Source: Candidatus Cloacimonadales bacterium (GTDB taxonomy: Bacteria; Cloacimonadota; Cloacimonadia; Cloacimonadales; JAFGVF01). From it: 64,000 nt of DNA. Below, piece after piece: positions 33,976-45,844 of the stretch (the first letter of the stretch is position 1; each line of letters begins with the position of its first letter). The notes under the pieces were generated by a model. The model was not told where the DNA came from. It did no database searches and saw only the letters and a program-made list of their open reading frames with translations. The position numbers were made by a program, and so were the translations under genes. The stretch is taken from positions 1,376,001 to 1,440,000 of the forward strand of contig CAXXJV010000001.1 of the NCBI GenBank assembly GCA_963663475.2, in the 5' to 3' direction.

Positions 33976-35025
33976 ATGAAAAAAAATGAAATAAGATTGA
34001 ATGTTACTTTAAAGAACCTGATAGATGAATATATCTTGAATAACGAAGAGATATCTTCAAGAATCTTGTTTGAGAAGTATATGAATAATGTTAGCTCAGC
34101 CACTTTAAGAATTGATTTAAATAAATTAGAGCAATGTGGCTATATATGGCAACCTCATACTTCCGCTGGGAGGATTCCGACAGTGAAAGGATTCAAGAAG
34201 TATGTTGAGATGCTTGGAGATGATTTATCAGAGATAGCTTATCCTAGGTTAGAAAATTTAAGGGAGCTTTTAATAAATAATTATAAAGATACTCCTTTAG
34301 GCCTTCATTATATAATTCAGATCTTAGCACAGGAATCAGATCAACTTTCTTTCGTAGCAGAACCTGAAATATCAAATGGAACACTTTCCAACATCGAAGT
34401 CTTTAATATAGGCAAGAATAAATTATTATTTGTTGTTAGTTTAGATTCTGGTATGGATAAAACAGTAATTTTAAACTGTAAATATGACATCAATGAGCAA
34501 CAGCTAAAGAAGTTAGTCAAATATGTGAGAGATGAGTATTTAGGTTTAAGAATCTATGATATCATAAATAAATACTTATCTGAAATGTTAGAAGAGAAAG
34601 ATGAACCAGCTAGTTTATTAAATCTTTTCTTAACTGAGCTTCATAAAGCATTAGTTGAAATAAGTGGTTATTTCATTCATTTCGATGGCAACATGGCCTT
34701 TATAGAACAGCCTGAATTTGATAGTAAGGAGAATATTATGAAGTTTTTCAATATTATTCAAAGACAGGATTTATTAATTAATACAATGCAAGAAAATGAT
34801 GATAATAATGAATATGAAGTTTTAATGGGAGATTCTTTAAACGATGGATTATGGCATGAGTTTGTTTTAATCTATGCTAAATATGAACTCTTTGATATTC
34901 CTGGATATTTAGGAATAATAAGTCCACTCCGAAATGATTATAGAAAGAACATTTCTATGGTTAGAGATATTGCTAAAACTATTACAGAGACTACTAGGAG
35001 AGGTAGGATTGTACCGAAGTTTTAA
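33976..35025 (+). CDS. hrcA: Heat-inducible repressor HrcA
   Basis: SSATLR.DL..LE..GY..QPHTSAGRIPT. Confidence 0.95.
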   Translation: MKKNEIRLNVTLKNLIDEYILNNEEISSRILFEKYMNNVSSATLRIDLNKLEQCGYIWQPHTSAGRIPTVKGFKKYVEMLGDDLSEIAYPRLENLRELLINNYKDTPLGLHYIIQILAQESDQLSFVAEPEISNGTLSNIEVFNIGKNKLLFVVSLDSGMDKTVILNCKYDINEQQLKKLVKYVRDEYLGLRIYDIINKYLSEMLEEKDEPASLLNLFLTELHKALVEISGYFIHFDGNMAFIEQPEFDSKENIMKFFNIIQRQDLLINTMQENDDNNEYEVLMGDSLNDGLWHEFVLIYAKYELFDIPGYLGIISPLRNDYRKNISMVRDIAKTITETTRRGRIVPKF

Positions 35026-35109
35026 CCCATGTAATGTTTTAGAAACTTATAAAGGGTAGAATATTCTTCAGTAAAATAATTTTAATAATATTGATTAAGG
35101 AGAAAAGAG

Positions 35110-35760
35110 ATGGCAAAAAAGAAAGTTAAGAAAAAGAAAGAAGATAAAAAAATAATAAATAAGGATAGAGAAGCTAAAATGGTGGATGAAAAAGAGAAAA
35201 AGGCTAAAGATTTAGATTCTCAAATTGAGGATCAGGAAATCAGAGAAGAACAAGAACCTGAAGAAGTTGATAGGGAAAAACAGCTTGAAGATGATATAGC
35301 TCATTGGAAAGATAAATATGTTAGATCTATGGCTGAGTTTGAAAACTATCGCAAAAGAACCTTAAAAGAGAAATCAGATTGGATTAAGAGTTCAAATGAA
35401 AGTATCTTATTATCAATATGTGATATTATGGATAACTTTGAAAGAGCAATGAGTCAGATGAAAGAAAATCATCAAGATGATCCATTTATAAAAGGAATTA
35501 TCCAGATAAAGCAACAGTTAGATAATCTTTTAGAAAAAGAACATGTTCAAAAGATTGAAACTGAAGGAAAGGATTTTAATCCTGCTTTACATGAAGCACT
35601 TGCACACATTCCTTCAGATTTAGAAGAAGATAAAATTGTAGCAGTTATTCAAAATGGCTACAAATTATATGATAAAGTTATAAGAACAGCAAGAGTAGCT
35701 GTTTCCAATGGACAAACAGTCCAAGCCCAAAACCCAGAAAATAATAAAAATAATGAATAA
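35110..35760 (+). CDS. grpE: Nucleotide exchange factor GrpE
   Basis: AEFENYRKR, DNFERA, FNPALHEA, GYKL..VIR. Confidence 0.95.
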   Translation: MAKKKVKKKKEDKKIINKDREAKMVDEKEKKAKDLDSQIEDQEIREEQEPEEVDREKQLEDDIAHWKDKYVRSMAEFENYRKRTLKEKSDWIKSSNESILLSICDIMDNFERAMSQMKENHQDDPFIKGIIQIKQQLDNLLEKEHVQKIETEGKDFNPALHEALAHIPSDLEEDKIVAVIQNGYKLYDKVIRTARVAVSNGQTVQAQNPENNKNNE

Positions 35761-35773
35761 ATGGAGGTAGAAA

Positions 35774-37732
35774 ATGGGAAAAATAATAGGAATAGATTTA
35801 GGAACAACTAATTCATGTGTTGCAGTTGTTGAAGGTGGAAAACCAGTAGTTATTACAAATGCTGAAGGTTCAAGAACAACTCCTTCAGTAGTTGGTTTTA
35901 CTAAAGATGGAAACAGAGTAATAGGTAAGTTAGCTAAAAACCAAGCAATTACAAATCCGCATAACACTGTTTATTCAATCAAGAGATTCATGGGTAGAGG
36001 ATTTGATGAAGTTTCAAATGAAATTGCCCAAGTTCCTTATAAAGTAAAATCTGGAGTTAGAAATCAAGCTGCTGTACATGTAGATGTAGAGAATAAAGAT
36101 TTTACACCTCAAGAAATTTCTGCCTTAATCTTAACTAAAATGAAAGAAACTGCTGAAGAATATCTAGGTGAGAAAATTACTGAAGCAGTAGTAACAGTAC
36201 CTGCTTATTTCAATGATGCCCAACGTCAAGCAACGAAAGATGCAGGTAAGATTGCTGGATTAGATGTAAAGAGAATTATCAATGAACCTACTGCTGCAGC
36301 TTTAGCTTATGGTGTAGAAAATAAAAAAGAACAGAAAATTGCTGTATATGACCTTGGTGGCGGTACCTTCGATATTTCTATTTTAGATATTTCAGATGGT
36401 GTTGTAGAAGTTCTTTCAACTAATGGTGATACTCATCTTGGTGGAGATGATTTTGATAAAAGAGTAATTGACTGGATGCTTTCAGAATTCAAGAAACAAG
36501 AAGGCATTGATTTAGCAAGTGACGCAATGGCTATGCAAAGATTGAAAGAAGCTGCAGAAAAAGCAAAGATTGAATTATCAGGAACTCAATCAACTAATAT
36601 TAATCTTCCATTTATCACAGCTGATGCTTCTGGTCCTAAGCACTTGAATCTAAACTTAAGTAGAAGCGAGTTTAATAGATTAGTGTCTGATCTTGTTGAT
36701 AGATCACTTGAGCCTTGTAAAAAAGCTATGAAAGATGCAGGTATTTCAATTAGTGAAGTAAATGAAGTTCTTTTAGTTGGTGGATCAACTCGTATTCCAG
36801 CAGTGCAAGAAGCTGTTGAAGGATATTTTGGAAAGAAAGCTAACAAAAGTGTTAATCCAGATGAAGTTGTAGCTATTGGTGCTGCTATTCAAGGTGGTAT
36901 CCTTGGTGGTGACTCTAATATGAATGATGTGCTTCTTCTTGATGTAACTCCACTTTCTTTAGGTATTGAAACTCTAGGTGGAATCTCAACAGTTCTTATC
37001 CCTAGAAATACTACTATCCCAACCAAGAAAAGTCAAGTATTCTCAACTGCAGTAGATAATCAACCTGCTGTTGACATCAGAGTTCTTCAAGGTGAAAGAA
37101 AGATGGCTAATGATAATAAGGTACTTGGTAATTTCCAATTGGTAGGTATTGCACCTGCTCCACGTGGAGTACCTCAAATCGAAGTTACCTTCGATATTGA
37201 TGCTAATGGAATCATTAATGTAACTGCTGCTGATAAGGGTACAGGTAAAAAACATTCAATAAAGATTGACAGAGCAGGTACTCTTTCAGAAGATGATATC
37301 GAAAAAATGGTTAAAGATGCAGAGTTACACGCTGATGAAGATAAAAAGAAAGCTGAAAAAATTGTTGCCCGCAATGAATTAGATTCTGTTATCTTCTCAA
37401 CTGAAAAAGCTATCAAAGATTATGGTGACAAAGTTTCTCCTGAAGATAAGAAACAAGCTGAAGATGCCGTAGCAGAAGCTAAAAAGGTACATGATAATGC
37501 AGACTTATCAGTTGAGGACTATACTAAAGCTAAAGAAGAATTAGCTCAAAAAGCTCAAAAGATAGGTGAAGCAATGTATGCTGATATGCAACAACAGCAA
37601 GGTGGACAAGGTGGAGTAAACCCTGAAGATTTCGCCCAACAACAACAGCAACAACAAGCTGATCAATCTGAAAAAGATGGACCTATGGATGCTGAATATG
37701 AAGTTGTTGATGACGACGAAGATGATAAATAA
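35774..37732 (+). CDS. dnaK: Chaperone DnaK
   Basis: [17 protein letters not shown]. Confidence 0.98.
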   Translation: MGKIIGIDLGTTNSCVAVVEGGKPVVITNAEGSRTTPSVVGFTKDGNRVIGKLAKNQAITNPHNTVYSIKRFMGRGFDEVSNEIAQVPYKVKSGVRNQAAVHVDVENKDFTPQEISALILTKMKETAEEYLGEKITEAVVTVPAYFNDAQRQATKDAGKIAGLDVKRIINEPTAAALAYGVENKKEQKIAVYDLGGGTFDISILDISDGVVEVLSTNGDTHLGGDDFDKRVIDWMLSEFKKQEGIDLASDAMAMQRLKEAAEKAKIELSGTQSTNINLPFITADASGPKHLNLNLSRSEFNRLVSDLVDRSLEPCKKAMKDAGISISEVNEVLLVGGSTRIPAVQEAVEGYFGKKANKSVNPDEVVAIGAAIQGGILGGDSNMNDVLLLDVTPLSLGIETLGGISTVLIPRNTTIPTKKSQVFSTAVDNQPAVDIRVLQGERKMANDNKVLGNFQLVGIAPAPRGVPQIEVTFDIDANGIINVTAADKGTGKKHSIKIDRAGTLSEDDIEKMVKDAELHADEDKKKAEKIVARNELDSVIFSTEKAIKDYGDKVSPEDKKQAEDAVAEAKKVHDNADLSVEDYTKAKEELAQKAQKIGEAMYADMQQQQGGQGGVNPEDFAQQQQQQQADQSEKDGPMDAEYEVVDDDEDDK

Positions 37733-37749
37733 ATAAATTATAGATTATT

Positions 37750-37782
37750 TCAGAGAAGGGTCTTATGATCCTTCTCTGATTT
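37750..37782 (+). terminator. Hairpin after dnaK
   Basis: TCAGAGAAGGGTC-ttat-GATCCTTCTCTGA. Confidence 0.6.
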
Positions 37783-37965
37783 CAACAAATCATTAATGAT
37801 GAATAATGATAAGAAAATTGATGGTTTGTTTATCAATATTCATTAAACCAAGAAAAGACTGTAGTCCTTTGAGAACAGCAGAAGATTCTTACTTGTATTG
37901 GTGTAATTAAAAAGTAGGTTCTTAAAGGTACTATAAGTTAATTTAGGTTAAAAAAGTGAGGAAAG

Positions 37966-39126
37966 ATGGCAAAAAGAGATTATTATGAAGTTCTGGGAGT
38001 GGAAAAAAATGCTTCCGATTCTGAGATAAAAAAAGCTTATAGAAAATTAGCAATGAAATACCATCCTGATAAAGCAGGAGACGATAAAGAAGCAGAAGAA
38101 AAATTTAAAGAGGCCTCAGAAGCTTATGAGGTGCTAAGTGATAAAGATAAGAAAGCAAGGTATGATCAATATGGTCATGCAGGGCTAGAAGGAGCCTTTG
38201 GTCAAGGTGGTTTCTCTTGGAGTGATTTTACTCATGCTAGTGATTTCTCTGATTTATTTGGAGAAGGTGGATTCTCTAGTATCTTCGAACAATTCTTTGG
38301 AGGTTTCGGAGGTGGTAGCGGAAGAAGCAGAAGTCAGAGAAGAAATAGGGGTGAAGATCTCCAACTAGAAATTTCCATATCCTTAAAAGAAGTTAATGAT
38401 GGTGCTGAAAAAAAATTAAAAATAAAAATAAAAGATACTTGTGATAGCTGTAATGGTTCAGGTTCAGCAGATGGTTCATCTGAAACTTGTCCACAATGTA
38501 ATGGCCAAGGTCAAGTAAGACAGGTAAGGCAATCACTTTTTGGTCAAATCCAAACTGTGGGAGAGTGTCCTACTTGCCATGGAAAAGGTAAAATAATCAA
38601 GAACAAGTGTAGTAAATGTAATGGATCAGGTAGAGTTGATACATTTAAAGAGATTAAGATAAAAATACCTGCTGGAATTGATGACGGACAATATTTCCGT
38701 CTAAGAGGTCAAGGTAATGTTGGACTAAACAATGGGGAAAGAGGTGATATAATAGTTTTAGTACATGTCAAGGAACATGACCTGTTCGAGCGTGAAGGAG
38801 CAAACCTAATACTTGAATACCCAATATCTTTCTCACAAGCTGCTCTTGGTGATGAAGTGAAAGTTCCAACTATCAATGGAAAAATTAAACTTAAAGTACC
38901 TGAAGGTACTCAATCTGGAAAGGTATTGAGATTACGTGGACAGGGATTACCTCATGTTAATTCTACCTATAAAGGTGATTTGTATATTAAATTGATGGTA
39001 ATTACCCCTACCAAACTTTCCTCAAAGGAAAGAGAATTACTCAAAGAACTACAAGCTTTCGATAGTGAAAAAAAACTTAAACCAGGGAAAGGCTTCTTTG
39101 ATAAACTAAAAGAATTCTTATTCTAG
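37966..39126 (+). CDS. dnaJ: Chaperone DnaJ
   Basis: HPD J-domain, four CxxCxGxG repeats. Confidence 0.98.
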   Translation: MAKRDYYEVLGVEKNASDSEIKKAYRKLAMKYHPDKAGDDKEAEEKFKEASEAYEVLSDKDKKARYDQYGHAGLEGAFGQGGFSWSDFTHASDFSDLFGEGGFSSIFEQFFGGFGGGSGRSRSQRRNRGEDLQLEISISLKEVNDGAEKKLKIKIKDTCDSCNGSGSADGSSETCPQCNGQGQVRQVRQSLFGQIQTVGECPTCHGKGKIIKNKCSKCNGSGRVDTFKEIKIKIPAGIDDGQYFRLRGQGNVGLNNGERGDIIVLVHVKEHDLFEREGANLILEYPISFSQAALGDEVKVPTINGKIKLKVPEGTQSGKVLRLRGQGLPHVNSTYKGDLYIKLMVITPTKLSSKERELLKELQAFDSEKKLKPGKGFFDKLKEFLF

Positions 39127-39198
39127 TAATAATTTGATACCCTTGCCCAGTTCTTATATTGGCAAGGGTCTCTTTTTCAAACAAGCTAAGGATATATT

Positions 39199-39915
39199 AT
39201 GCCATGTTTTTATGCAGCCAACTTAACCAAGCAAAGCAAGCTGATTGAAATATCTGCCTCTGAACACCACCATATTACAAGAGTATTTAGATTTACTGAA
39301 GGTAAAGAAATTTTCCTTAATTCTGGTAAAGGTGTTTATGCAAAAGCTCTGATAAAAGAGATAAGTAAAAAACATTTGACTTGTCAGATCTTAGATTTTA
39401 TTCCTAAAGAAAAATATCAGCCGGATATTGCTCTTGCTTTCTCTCTACTTAGAAATAAAAATGACCATCTGCTTGTGGAAAAGCTTACTGAGCTGGGAGT
39501 GGCTGAATTATTCCCCTTTGAATCAGATTATTCTGTTAGAAAGGCATCCAATAATACAATTGAAAAGTTCAATATAAGTGCAATTGAAGCAATAAAACAG
39601 TGTGATAATGGATATTTACCTCTGATCAATCAAGTTAAGAAGCTGAAAAATCAGATTGAAGAAATTCAAAATAAAGGTTATGAAATTCTAATTGCTTCTG
39701 AAAAAGAAAAAAAAATTAGCCTAAAAGATATAGTGACAAAAGAGAATCTAAAACCTATCTGCATTCTTATCGGGCCAGAAGGTGGCTTTTCTCAAGAAGA
39801 ATTTGACTATTTTGCTGAAAAGAACTTCAAACAATACAAGCTAGGGTTAAATATTTTAAGGGCTGAAACTGCAGGAATTTGTGCTGTTTCACAAGTAATC
39901 AATATATTACTTTAA
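39199..39915 (+). CDS. rsmE: 16S rRNA m3U1498 methyltransferase
   Basis: EKLTELGV, IGPEGGFS, LGLNILRAETA. Confidence 0.93.
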   Translation: MPCFYAANLTKQSKLIEISASEHHHITRVFRFTEGKEIFLNSGKGVYAKALIKEISKKHLTCQILDFIPKEKYQPDIALAFSLLRNKNDHLLVEKLTELGVAELFPFESDYSVRKASNNTIEKFNISAIEAIKQCDNGYLPLINQVKKLKNQIEEIQNKGYEILIASEKEKKISLKDIVTKENLKPICILIGPEGGFSQEEFDYFAEKNFKQYKLGLNILRAETAGICAVSQVINILL

Positions 39916-40542
39916 GGTATTTAAGTTTCTTACTTTTCCTAAAAGGGCAGCTAGTGTGGGGTAGATGTCCATATTCTCAACTACTACATTATCTGGTACT
40001 TCCAGCTTTTTAGGAGTAAAATTCCAGATTCCTTGAATTCCTGCTGCTATCATTTCGTTAGTTAGTTTTTGTGAATTTTTGGCTGGAGTAGTTAAGATTG
40101 CTATCTTAACTTCTAAAATTTCTATTACATCTTTCAGTTTTTCAATTGGATAGATTTTTATATTGTTAATTCGCTTATCTACCTTCTCTGGGTCATTATC
40201 AAAGGCAGCTACTATTTGCAGGCCAGATTGGGCAAAACCTTCATAATTTAATAAGGCATTTCCCATGTTTCCAACACCTACTAAGCAGGCATCTGTAAGA
40301 TTATCCCAATCAAGAAACTCTATACAAGCTTTAAGCAATGAATCAACTTGATGTCCGCGTTTAGGAATACCACGAACTCCTGTTAATGCTAGATCTTTTC
40401 TTATCTGGGTATGATGAATATCTAAAAAACGAGATAACTCTGATGCAGAAGTATATTCTTGACCTTTTCTCTGCATGGAGCGTAATATATATATATATTT
40501 TGGAAATCTTCTTAATGTTAAATCTGAAATTTCTTGAGACAT
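39907..40542 (-). CDS. rex: Redox-sensing repressor Rex family
   Basis: TLRRFPKY, QIRKDLA, VGVGNMGNAL, GIWNFTP. Confidence 0.9.
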   Translation of the reverse strand: MSQEISDLTLRRFPKYIYILRSMQRKGQEYTSASELSRFLDIHHTQIRKDLALTGVRGIPKRGHQVDSLLKACIEFLDWDNLTDACLVGVGNMGNALLNYEGFAQSGLQIVAAFDNDPEKVDKRINNIKIYPIEKLKDVIEILEVKIAILTTPAKNSQKLTNEMIAAGIQGIWNFTPKKLEVPDNVVVENMDIYPTLAALLGKVRNLNTLK

Positions 40543-40817
40543 AAGTTGAGTACTCCTTTTGTTAATTATAAGAATTATATATCGATATTATATGTCAAGA
40601 ACTTTTTTAAACTTTTACTCAAAGAATAATCACTCTTGTCTTTAGTTCTACTGATTATTTATCACAAATAGCCTAGTAGACCGTTAATGAATAGTGCTGA
40701 AGAAGATGTAGCTATTTTCAAAGACCTACTGAATTATTTGGACTGATATAGAAACTAAGATAAAAACCTATATGCCAAAATGGCATATAGGTAACTAACA
40801 AGAGAGATTTATTCGAA

Positions 40818-42029
40818 TTAACTCATTGGAGATAAACTTTTACGATATATATCTCTGATTATATCGTCGCTTGCTTCAATAGGAGCAATAGCGATTAATC
40901 CACCCAATGAAGGAGTTTCTTTTACTAATTGAACAAGTTTATCAAGATTATCTTCACTAAAGCCTTCATCAGAAAGTTTTTGAGTTACTCCCATTGAGAA
41001 TAACCATTCTTCAACACCTTTGGCTAATTCATGAGCTTCCTCAGCTTTACCTTCTAAGTTTGGAACAATAGGCCTATATATATCAGCTAAGACTTCTGGG
41101 CATGCTGGATAAATTGTTTCCAAAACTGCTGGAAGTATCATTGCTAAGCCTAAGCCATGAGCTAAGTCTGGTTTTAAGGCACTTAGTGGGTGTTCAAGCG
41201 CATGGGTAAAGTGGAGTAAACCATTATCAAAAGATATTCCGCCTAAAGCTGAAGCATAAGTTAAGAAATAACGAGCTTCCATATTAGTAAGATCTTCTTT
41301 TATAACAGGAAGGTATTTATGAACTAATCTAATTGTTTCTTGTGCAGTTAAAATTGAGTATGGACTTGCAACTTTTGTAGTAGCAGATTCTGTTACGTGA
41401 TTAAGTGCATCAATGGAAACATAGAGAGTTTGATGAAGTGGTAAATCTTTCATTAAACCTGGATCATCAATAGCCCAAGTTGGATAAATACAATCGTAAG
41501 CTATTGCTGGCTTATAGTCTTTAGCAGTGATAGTAACAACAGCAAATCTGTTTACTTCTGTACCAGTTCCATGGGTTGTGTTTATTGCTAAAATTGGAGC
41601 AGCTTTACTTGGTGTAAATACTGCTTCATATAGCTCAGCACAGGTGTTTGAAGGATATTCCATCATAATTGCTACACTTTTAGCTGTATCAATTGGAGAA
41701 CCACCACCAATACCTATCACAGCTTGTGCACCGAAATCTAAGGCTAGTTTTGTTGCTTCATCTACAGCTGTATCTGTTGGGTTAGGAGTGACTTTAGCGA
41801 AATTAATATATTCAATGTTATGTTCTTTTAATGACTTTTCAATAACATCCCAAGCTCCACAAGTTTTGTATGAGCTTCTACCTGAAATTACGATAACTTT
41901 ATTAATTCCTCTAGCTATCATTTCATCTGCAATAGTGTCAATTTTGTTAATAGCTCCAACACCAAAATAGTCTTTAACGGCTGTTCTGAGTTCAAACACG
42001 GCATTGATATCAGTCTTTTTTTCGTACAT
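40818..42029 (-). CDS. Iron-containing alcohol dehydrogenase
   Basis: GGGSPIDTAK, TTHGTGTEV, HALEHPLS, HGLGL. Confidence 0.92.
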   Translation of the reverse strand: MYEKKTDINAVFELRTAVKDYFGVGAINKIDTIADEMIARGINKVIVISGRSSYKTCGAWDVIEKSLKEHNIEYINFAKVTPNPTDTAVDEATKLALDFGAQAVIGIGGGSPIDTAKSVAIMMEYPSNTCAELYEAVFTPSKAAPILAINTTHGTGTEVNRFAVVTITAKDYKPAIAYDCIYPTWAIDDPGLMKDLPLHQTLYVSIDALNHVTESATTKVASPYSILTAQETIRLVHKYLPVIKEDLTNMEARYFLTYASALGGISFDNGLLHFTHALEHPLSALKPDLAHGLGLAMILPAVLETIYPACPEVLADIYRPIVPNLEGKAEEAHELAKGVEEWLFSMGVTQKLSDEGFSEDNLDKLVQLVKETPSLGGLIAIAPIEASDDIIRDIYRKSLSPMS

Positions 42030-42283
42030 TTTGCACTCCTTTTTATCTTTTAATATTATTTAATCAATATCTATATATCGAAAAAACTAAGTTATAGAAT
42101 TTCTGTCAAGAAAAATAATTGCATAAAATACATTTATTTAAGGGGATATATCAGAAAAGCTTTAGTTAAGCACTTTCATAAGATAAATATAAAAGAATAA
42201 TTATATATCGATATAAGAATATGAGTTAGTAAATACAGTAAATAATCTATTGACTAATTAAAATCAGATAATATTTTGATAAA

Positions 42284-43051
42284 ATGAAAATAAATTATTT
42301 AGATGAGTATATTAATATAAGAGTAGATGAGCTAGAAATCCCTATTCAAATCAAGAGGTTTTCTTCTTCTAGAGGGTTAAAAATCCTAGGTAAGGGTAAG
42401 AATATCAGAGTTACTGTACCGATGAATTTATCTCAGGCGAGGATTGCTGAAATACTAAGACCTTACTTCGGACATATAAAAAAACTGTATATTGAAGGTT
42501 TAGCTCAAGAGAGTCAGCTTGAAGACAAGAAGAAAAATCTTGATTTAAAGGTATATCTAGAAGGGATAATAGTACCACTTCGTTATCTTAATGATGAAAG
42601 GCAAAGTCCAGGACTTCTTTTTGATGAAGATTGTCTTAATATTAATCTAGGGCCTGAAGCTTTAAATTATGAAAATGTTTATTATTATTTAGACAAGTTA
42701 TTTGAAGTTTTAGCTAAGCAATACTTAACAGAGTCTTTTGATGAGATGTTAGAGTTTTTTTCATTAGCAGAAAAACCTAAGCTCATTCTGAAAAAGCTGA
42801 AGACACAGTGGGGAAACTGCAAGAAATCTGCAAGTAGGATAGTTTTAAATTCACATTTGATTAAAATACCTCCGACTTTAAGAGATTATGTAATATTTCA
42901 TGAGATAAGTCATTTAATCCATGCAAACCATGGTCCTGGATTTTATCAGATTATAAATAGTGTTTTTCCTAATAGGGAAGAACTTGATCAAGAGTTAAAA
43001 AAATGGGCTTTTGTCTTAAGAGATAATTATGTAGAGGAGTATTTAGGATGA
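42284..43051 (+). CDS. YgjP/DUF45 metallopeptidase-like protein
   Basis: KTQWGNC, YVIFHEISHLIHANHGPGF. Confidence 0.85.
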   Translation: MKINYLDEYINIRVDELEIPIQIKRFSSSRGLKILGKGKNIRVTVPMNLSQARIAEILRPYFGHIKKLYIEGLAQESQLEDKKKNLDLKVYLEGIIVPLRYLNDERQSPGLLFDEDCLNINLGPEALNYENVYYYLDKLFEVLAKQYLTESFDEMLEFFSLAEKPKLILKKLKTQWGNCKKSASRIVLNSHLIKIPPTLRDYVIFHEISHLIHANHGPGFYQIINSVFPNREELDQELKKWAFVLRDNYVEEYLG

Positions 43052-43920
43052 AGAATCCCACTAAGAAAGTTTGTGCTATTCATGATTTAGCAGGACTAGG
43101 TCATGTATCATTGAATGAAGTAATATCAATTTTAAGTTCCATGGGGCAGCAGGTAGTATCATTACCTACAGCAGTTTTATCATCAAACACAGCCTATAAA
43201 AACTATAGGTTTTTAGATTTAACAGATCAGATGCCAGGTTTTATAGAGCATTGGAAAGAGTTAGGAATAGTTTTTGATGCTATTTATAGTGGTTTTTTAG
43301 GTTCACCTCGCCAGATAGAGATAGTAAAAAACTTAATCAGGGATTTTAAGAATCCTAATATGTTTGTAGTTGTTGATCCTGTATTTGGAGATGATGGTGA
43401 ATTATACTCTTCATTTGGTTTAGAGATGGTTGAGGAGATGCGGAAATTAATTGAAGTAGCTGATATTATCACGCCTAATATTACCGAAGCCTCCTTCATA
43501 TTAAAAGAAGAATACCCCAGAACAATCTCGGTTGAAAAAGCTAAGCAATGGTGCAAACAATTAGCAGATAAAGGGCCTAAGGTTGTTGTACTGACAAGTC
43601 TTCCTGATGAATGTGTTAAAAATAGAACAGGAGTTATAGCTTATAATAGGGAAGAAAAGAGGTTCTGGAAAGTCTCATGTGATTATATTCCTGCAAGTTA
43701 TCCAGGGACAGGAGATGCTTTTACTAGTGTTTTATTAGGTTCTTTGTTACAAGGAGATAGTTTACCTATAGCTTTAGATAGGGCTGTTCAATTTATCTCT
43801 ATAGGAATTCGTTCCACCTATGGTTTCAAGCATGATATAAATGAAGGCATATTAGTAGAAAGAGTTTTAAATTATCTCAAAGCACCTATACCAATGAGTT
43901 CCTTCGAGGTATTGGATTAA
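43048..43920 (+). CDS. pdxK: Pyridoxal/pyridoxamine kinase
   Basis: LPTAVLS, YSGFLGS, DPVFGDDG, TPNITEA, GTGDAF. Confidence 0.9.
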   Translation: MKNPTKKVCAIHDLAGLGHVSLNEVISILSSMGQQVVSLPTAVLSSNTAYKNYRFLDLTDQMPGFIEHWKELGIVFDAIYSGFLGSPRQIEIVKNLIRDFKNPNMFVVVDPVFGDDGELYSSFGLEMVEEMRKLIEVADIITPNITEASFILKEEYPRTISVEKAKQWCKQLADKGPKVVVLTSLPDECVKNRTGVIAYNREEKRFWKVSCDYIPASYPGTGDAFTSVLLGSLLQGDSLPIALDRAVQFISIGIRSTYGFKHDINEGILVERVLNYLKAPIPMSSFEVLD

Positions 43921-43922
43921 TT

Positions 43923-44744
43923 ATGAAAAAGATTGTATTTACTGATTTAGATAGAACACTTTTTACACAAGACTCTCAGATATCTCAAAGGAATTATGAT
44001 TCTTTAGTTAAACTCGGACAGGCAGGTATTATAAGAGTAATAGTGACAGGTAGGAATCTTTATTCTGCTCAATCTGTTTTGCCTTCAGATTTTCCCATAG
44101 ATTATTTGGTGATATCTTCTGGGGCGGGAATAATAGATTTCAAGACACAAAAATTAATTACTAAAAATGAGATAGACAATAAATTAGTGAGGAGAGTTAT
44201 CCTATTTTTGCAGGAATTAGATGTTGACTTTATGATTCATCATCCTATTCCTCAGAATCATTTTTTTCATTATTATAAAGCTACAAATCCTTGTCGAGAT
44301 TCAGCTAAAAGAATCAACCATTATCAAGGATTTGCTTATGAGATAAAAGGAGAATATGACCAGAATGCAAGTCAATTATTGGCTATAGTTGAAGAAGACA
44401 AGGAAGATTTAGTAGAGCATGTCATAGAGAATTTACCAGATCTTTCCATAATTAGGGCTACTTCTCCCTTAGATCACAAATCAGTTTGGATAGAAATATT
44501 TCCTAAGGGAATTAATAAAGGATATGCTTGTAATAAATTATTAAGCGATTTAGGATTAGCTACAAGTCAGGCCCTAGCAATTGGTAATGATTATAATGAT
44601 ATCGCTATGTTAGAGTCATTTACAGATTCATATGTAGTTGGAAATGCTCCTCAGATTATGAAGGATATTTATAAACTAGTAGCTAGAGATAGAGATGATG
44701 GTTTTACAGAAATGCTAAGCAAACATTTTAATTTTATAAAGTGA
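43923..44744 (+). CDS. Cof-type HAD hydrolase
   Basis: DLDRT, VTGR, NKG, GNDYND. Confidence 0.88.
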   Translation: MKKIVFTDLDRTLFTQDSQISQRNYDSLVKLGQAGIIRVIVTGRNLYSAQSVLPSDFPIDYLVISSGAGIIDFKTQKLITKNEIDNKLVRRVILFLQELDVDFMIHHPIPQNHFFHYYKATNPCRDSAKRINHYQGFAYEIKGEYDQNASQLLAIVEEDKEDLVEHVIENLPDLSIIRATSPLDHKSVWIEIFPKGINKGYACNKLLSDLGLATSQALAIGNDYNDIAMLESFTDSYVVGNAPQIMKDIYKLVARDRDDGFTEMLSKHFNFIK

Positions 44745-44751
44745 GGTAAGG

Positions 44752-45834
44752 ATGAAAATAAGAGAGTTAAGCAGTGAGTTAGCAAAAATAATGCCTACTA
44801 ATATTGCTTTTGAATGGGATAATGTTGGTCTTTTAATTGGGGATGGACAGAATCAAGTCAAGAAGGTTCTGTTAACTTTAGATGTTACAGAAAATGCTGT
44901 AAAGAAAGCCATTGAACAAGATTGCAATTTAATAATATCTCATCATCCAATTATTTTTGGTAAGCTATCTTCTTTAAATAATCCTTTACATCTTAAATTA
45001 ATCAGAGCAAATATTGATGTGATATCTATGCATACTAATTTAGATTCAATAGCAAGTGGAGTAAACAGAATTTTATCTGAGAGGTTAAACTTAAAGAATC
45101 TTAGATTTATAAGTTCTGAGGGGGGAAATAAGGTATATTGGGTAAAAGTATTTGTTCCCGTATCCCACTCCGAGATTCTCCAACAAGAGATTATCAATGC
45201 AGGAGGAGGGCTTTATGAAAAGTATGATTCTTGCATGGTAAGTAAGGAAGTCAGGGGCTCATTTGTGGCTAAAGAAGGAGCTAAACCTCATATTGGTCAG
45301 ATAGATAAAAGACAAGTGGTTGATGAAATTGAATTGCAATTTAGGGTAGATAAGGCGAATTTAAATCAGGTAATTACTCGTATAAAGTCTATTCATCCTT
45401 ATGAAAGACCAGTTTACCATTTTTATGAAATTACAGATGATAATATAAATTATGGTTCAGGAATGGTGGGTGACTTAGATAGAGAATATTCCTTAGATGA
45501 ATTTGCTAATCATGTTAAAGCTAGATTAAAAGCACCTTTTGTTAAATTATGGACTGCTGGTTTGGCAGATAAAAAAATTAAAAGAGTTTCTGTATGTGGA
45601 GGTTCAGGTTCATTTTTAATTAAGAGGGCTAGTGCAATTAGTGATCTTATTGTAACAGGTGATGTTACTTATCACACAATGCTAGATTCTCCTTTACCTA
45701 TTGTAGATGCAGGTCATTTCTTTACTGAGAATCCAGTATTAGATTATCTAGGTGAATTACTTAAATCATTCAATATTGGCTATTGCCTTCTAAGTCAAGA
45801 AGAGCATGAGATCAAAAACCTCAGTATAAAGTAA
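44752..45834 (+). CDS. Nif3-like dinuclear metal protein
   Basis: WDNVGL, SHHP, HTNLD, HPYE, DAGHFFTE. Confidence 0.92.
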   Translation: MKIRELSSELAKIMPTNIAFEWDNVGLLIGDGQNQVKKVLLTLDVTENAVKKAIEQDCNLIISHHPIIFGKLSSLNNPLHLKLIRANIDVISMHTNLDSIASGVNRILSERLNLKNLRFISSEGGNKVYWVKVFVPVSHSEILQQEIINAGGGLYEKYDSCMVSKEVRGSFVAKEGAKPHIGQIDKRQVVDEIELQFRVDKANLNQVITRIKSIHPYERPVYHFYEITDDNINYGSGMVGDLDREYSLDEFANHVKARLKAPFVKLWTAGLADKKIKRVSVCGGSGSFLIKRASAISDLIVTGDVTYHTMLDSPLPIVDAGHFFTENPVLDYLGELLKSFNIGYCLLSQEEHEIKNLSIK

Positions 45835-45844
45835 GGATTAGTAT

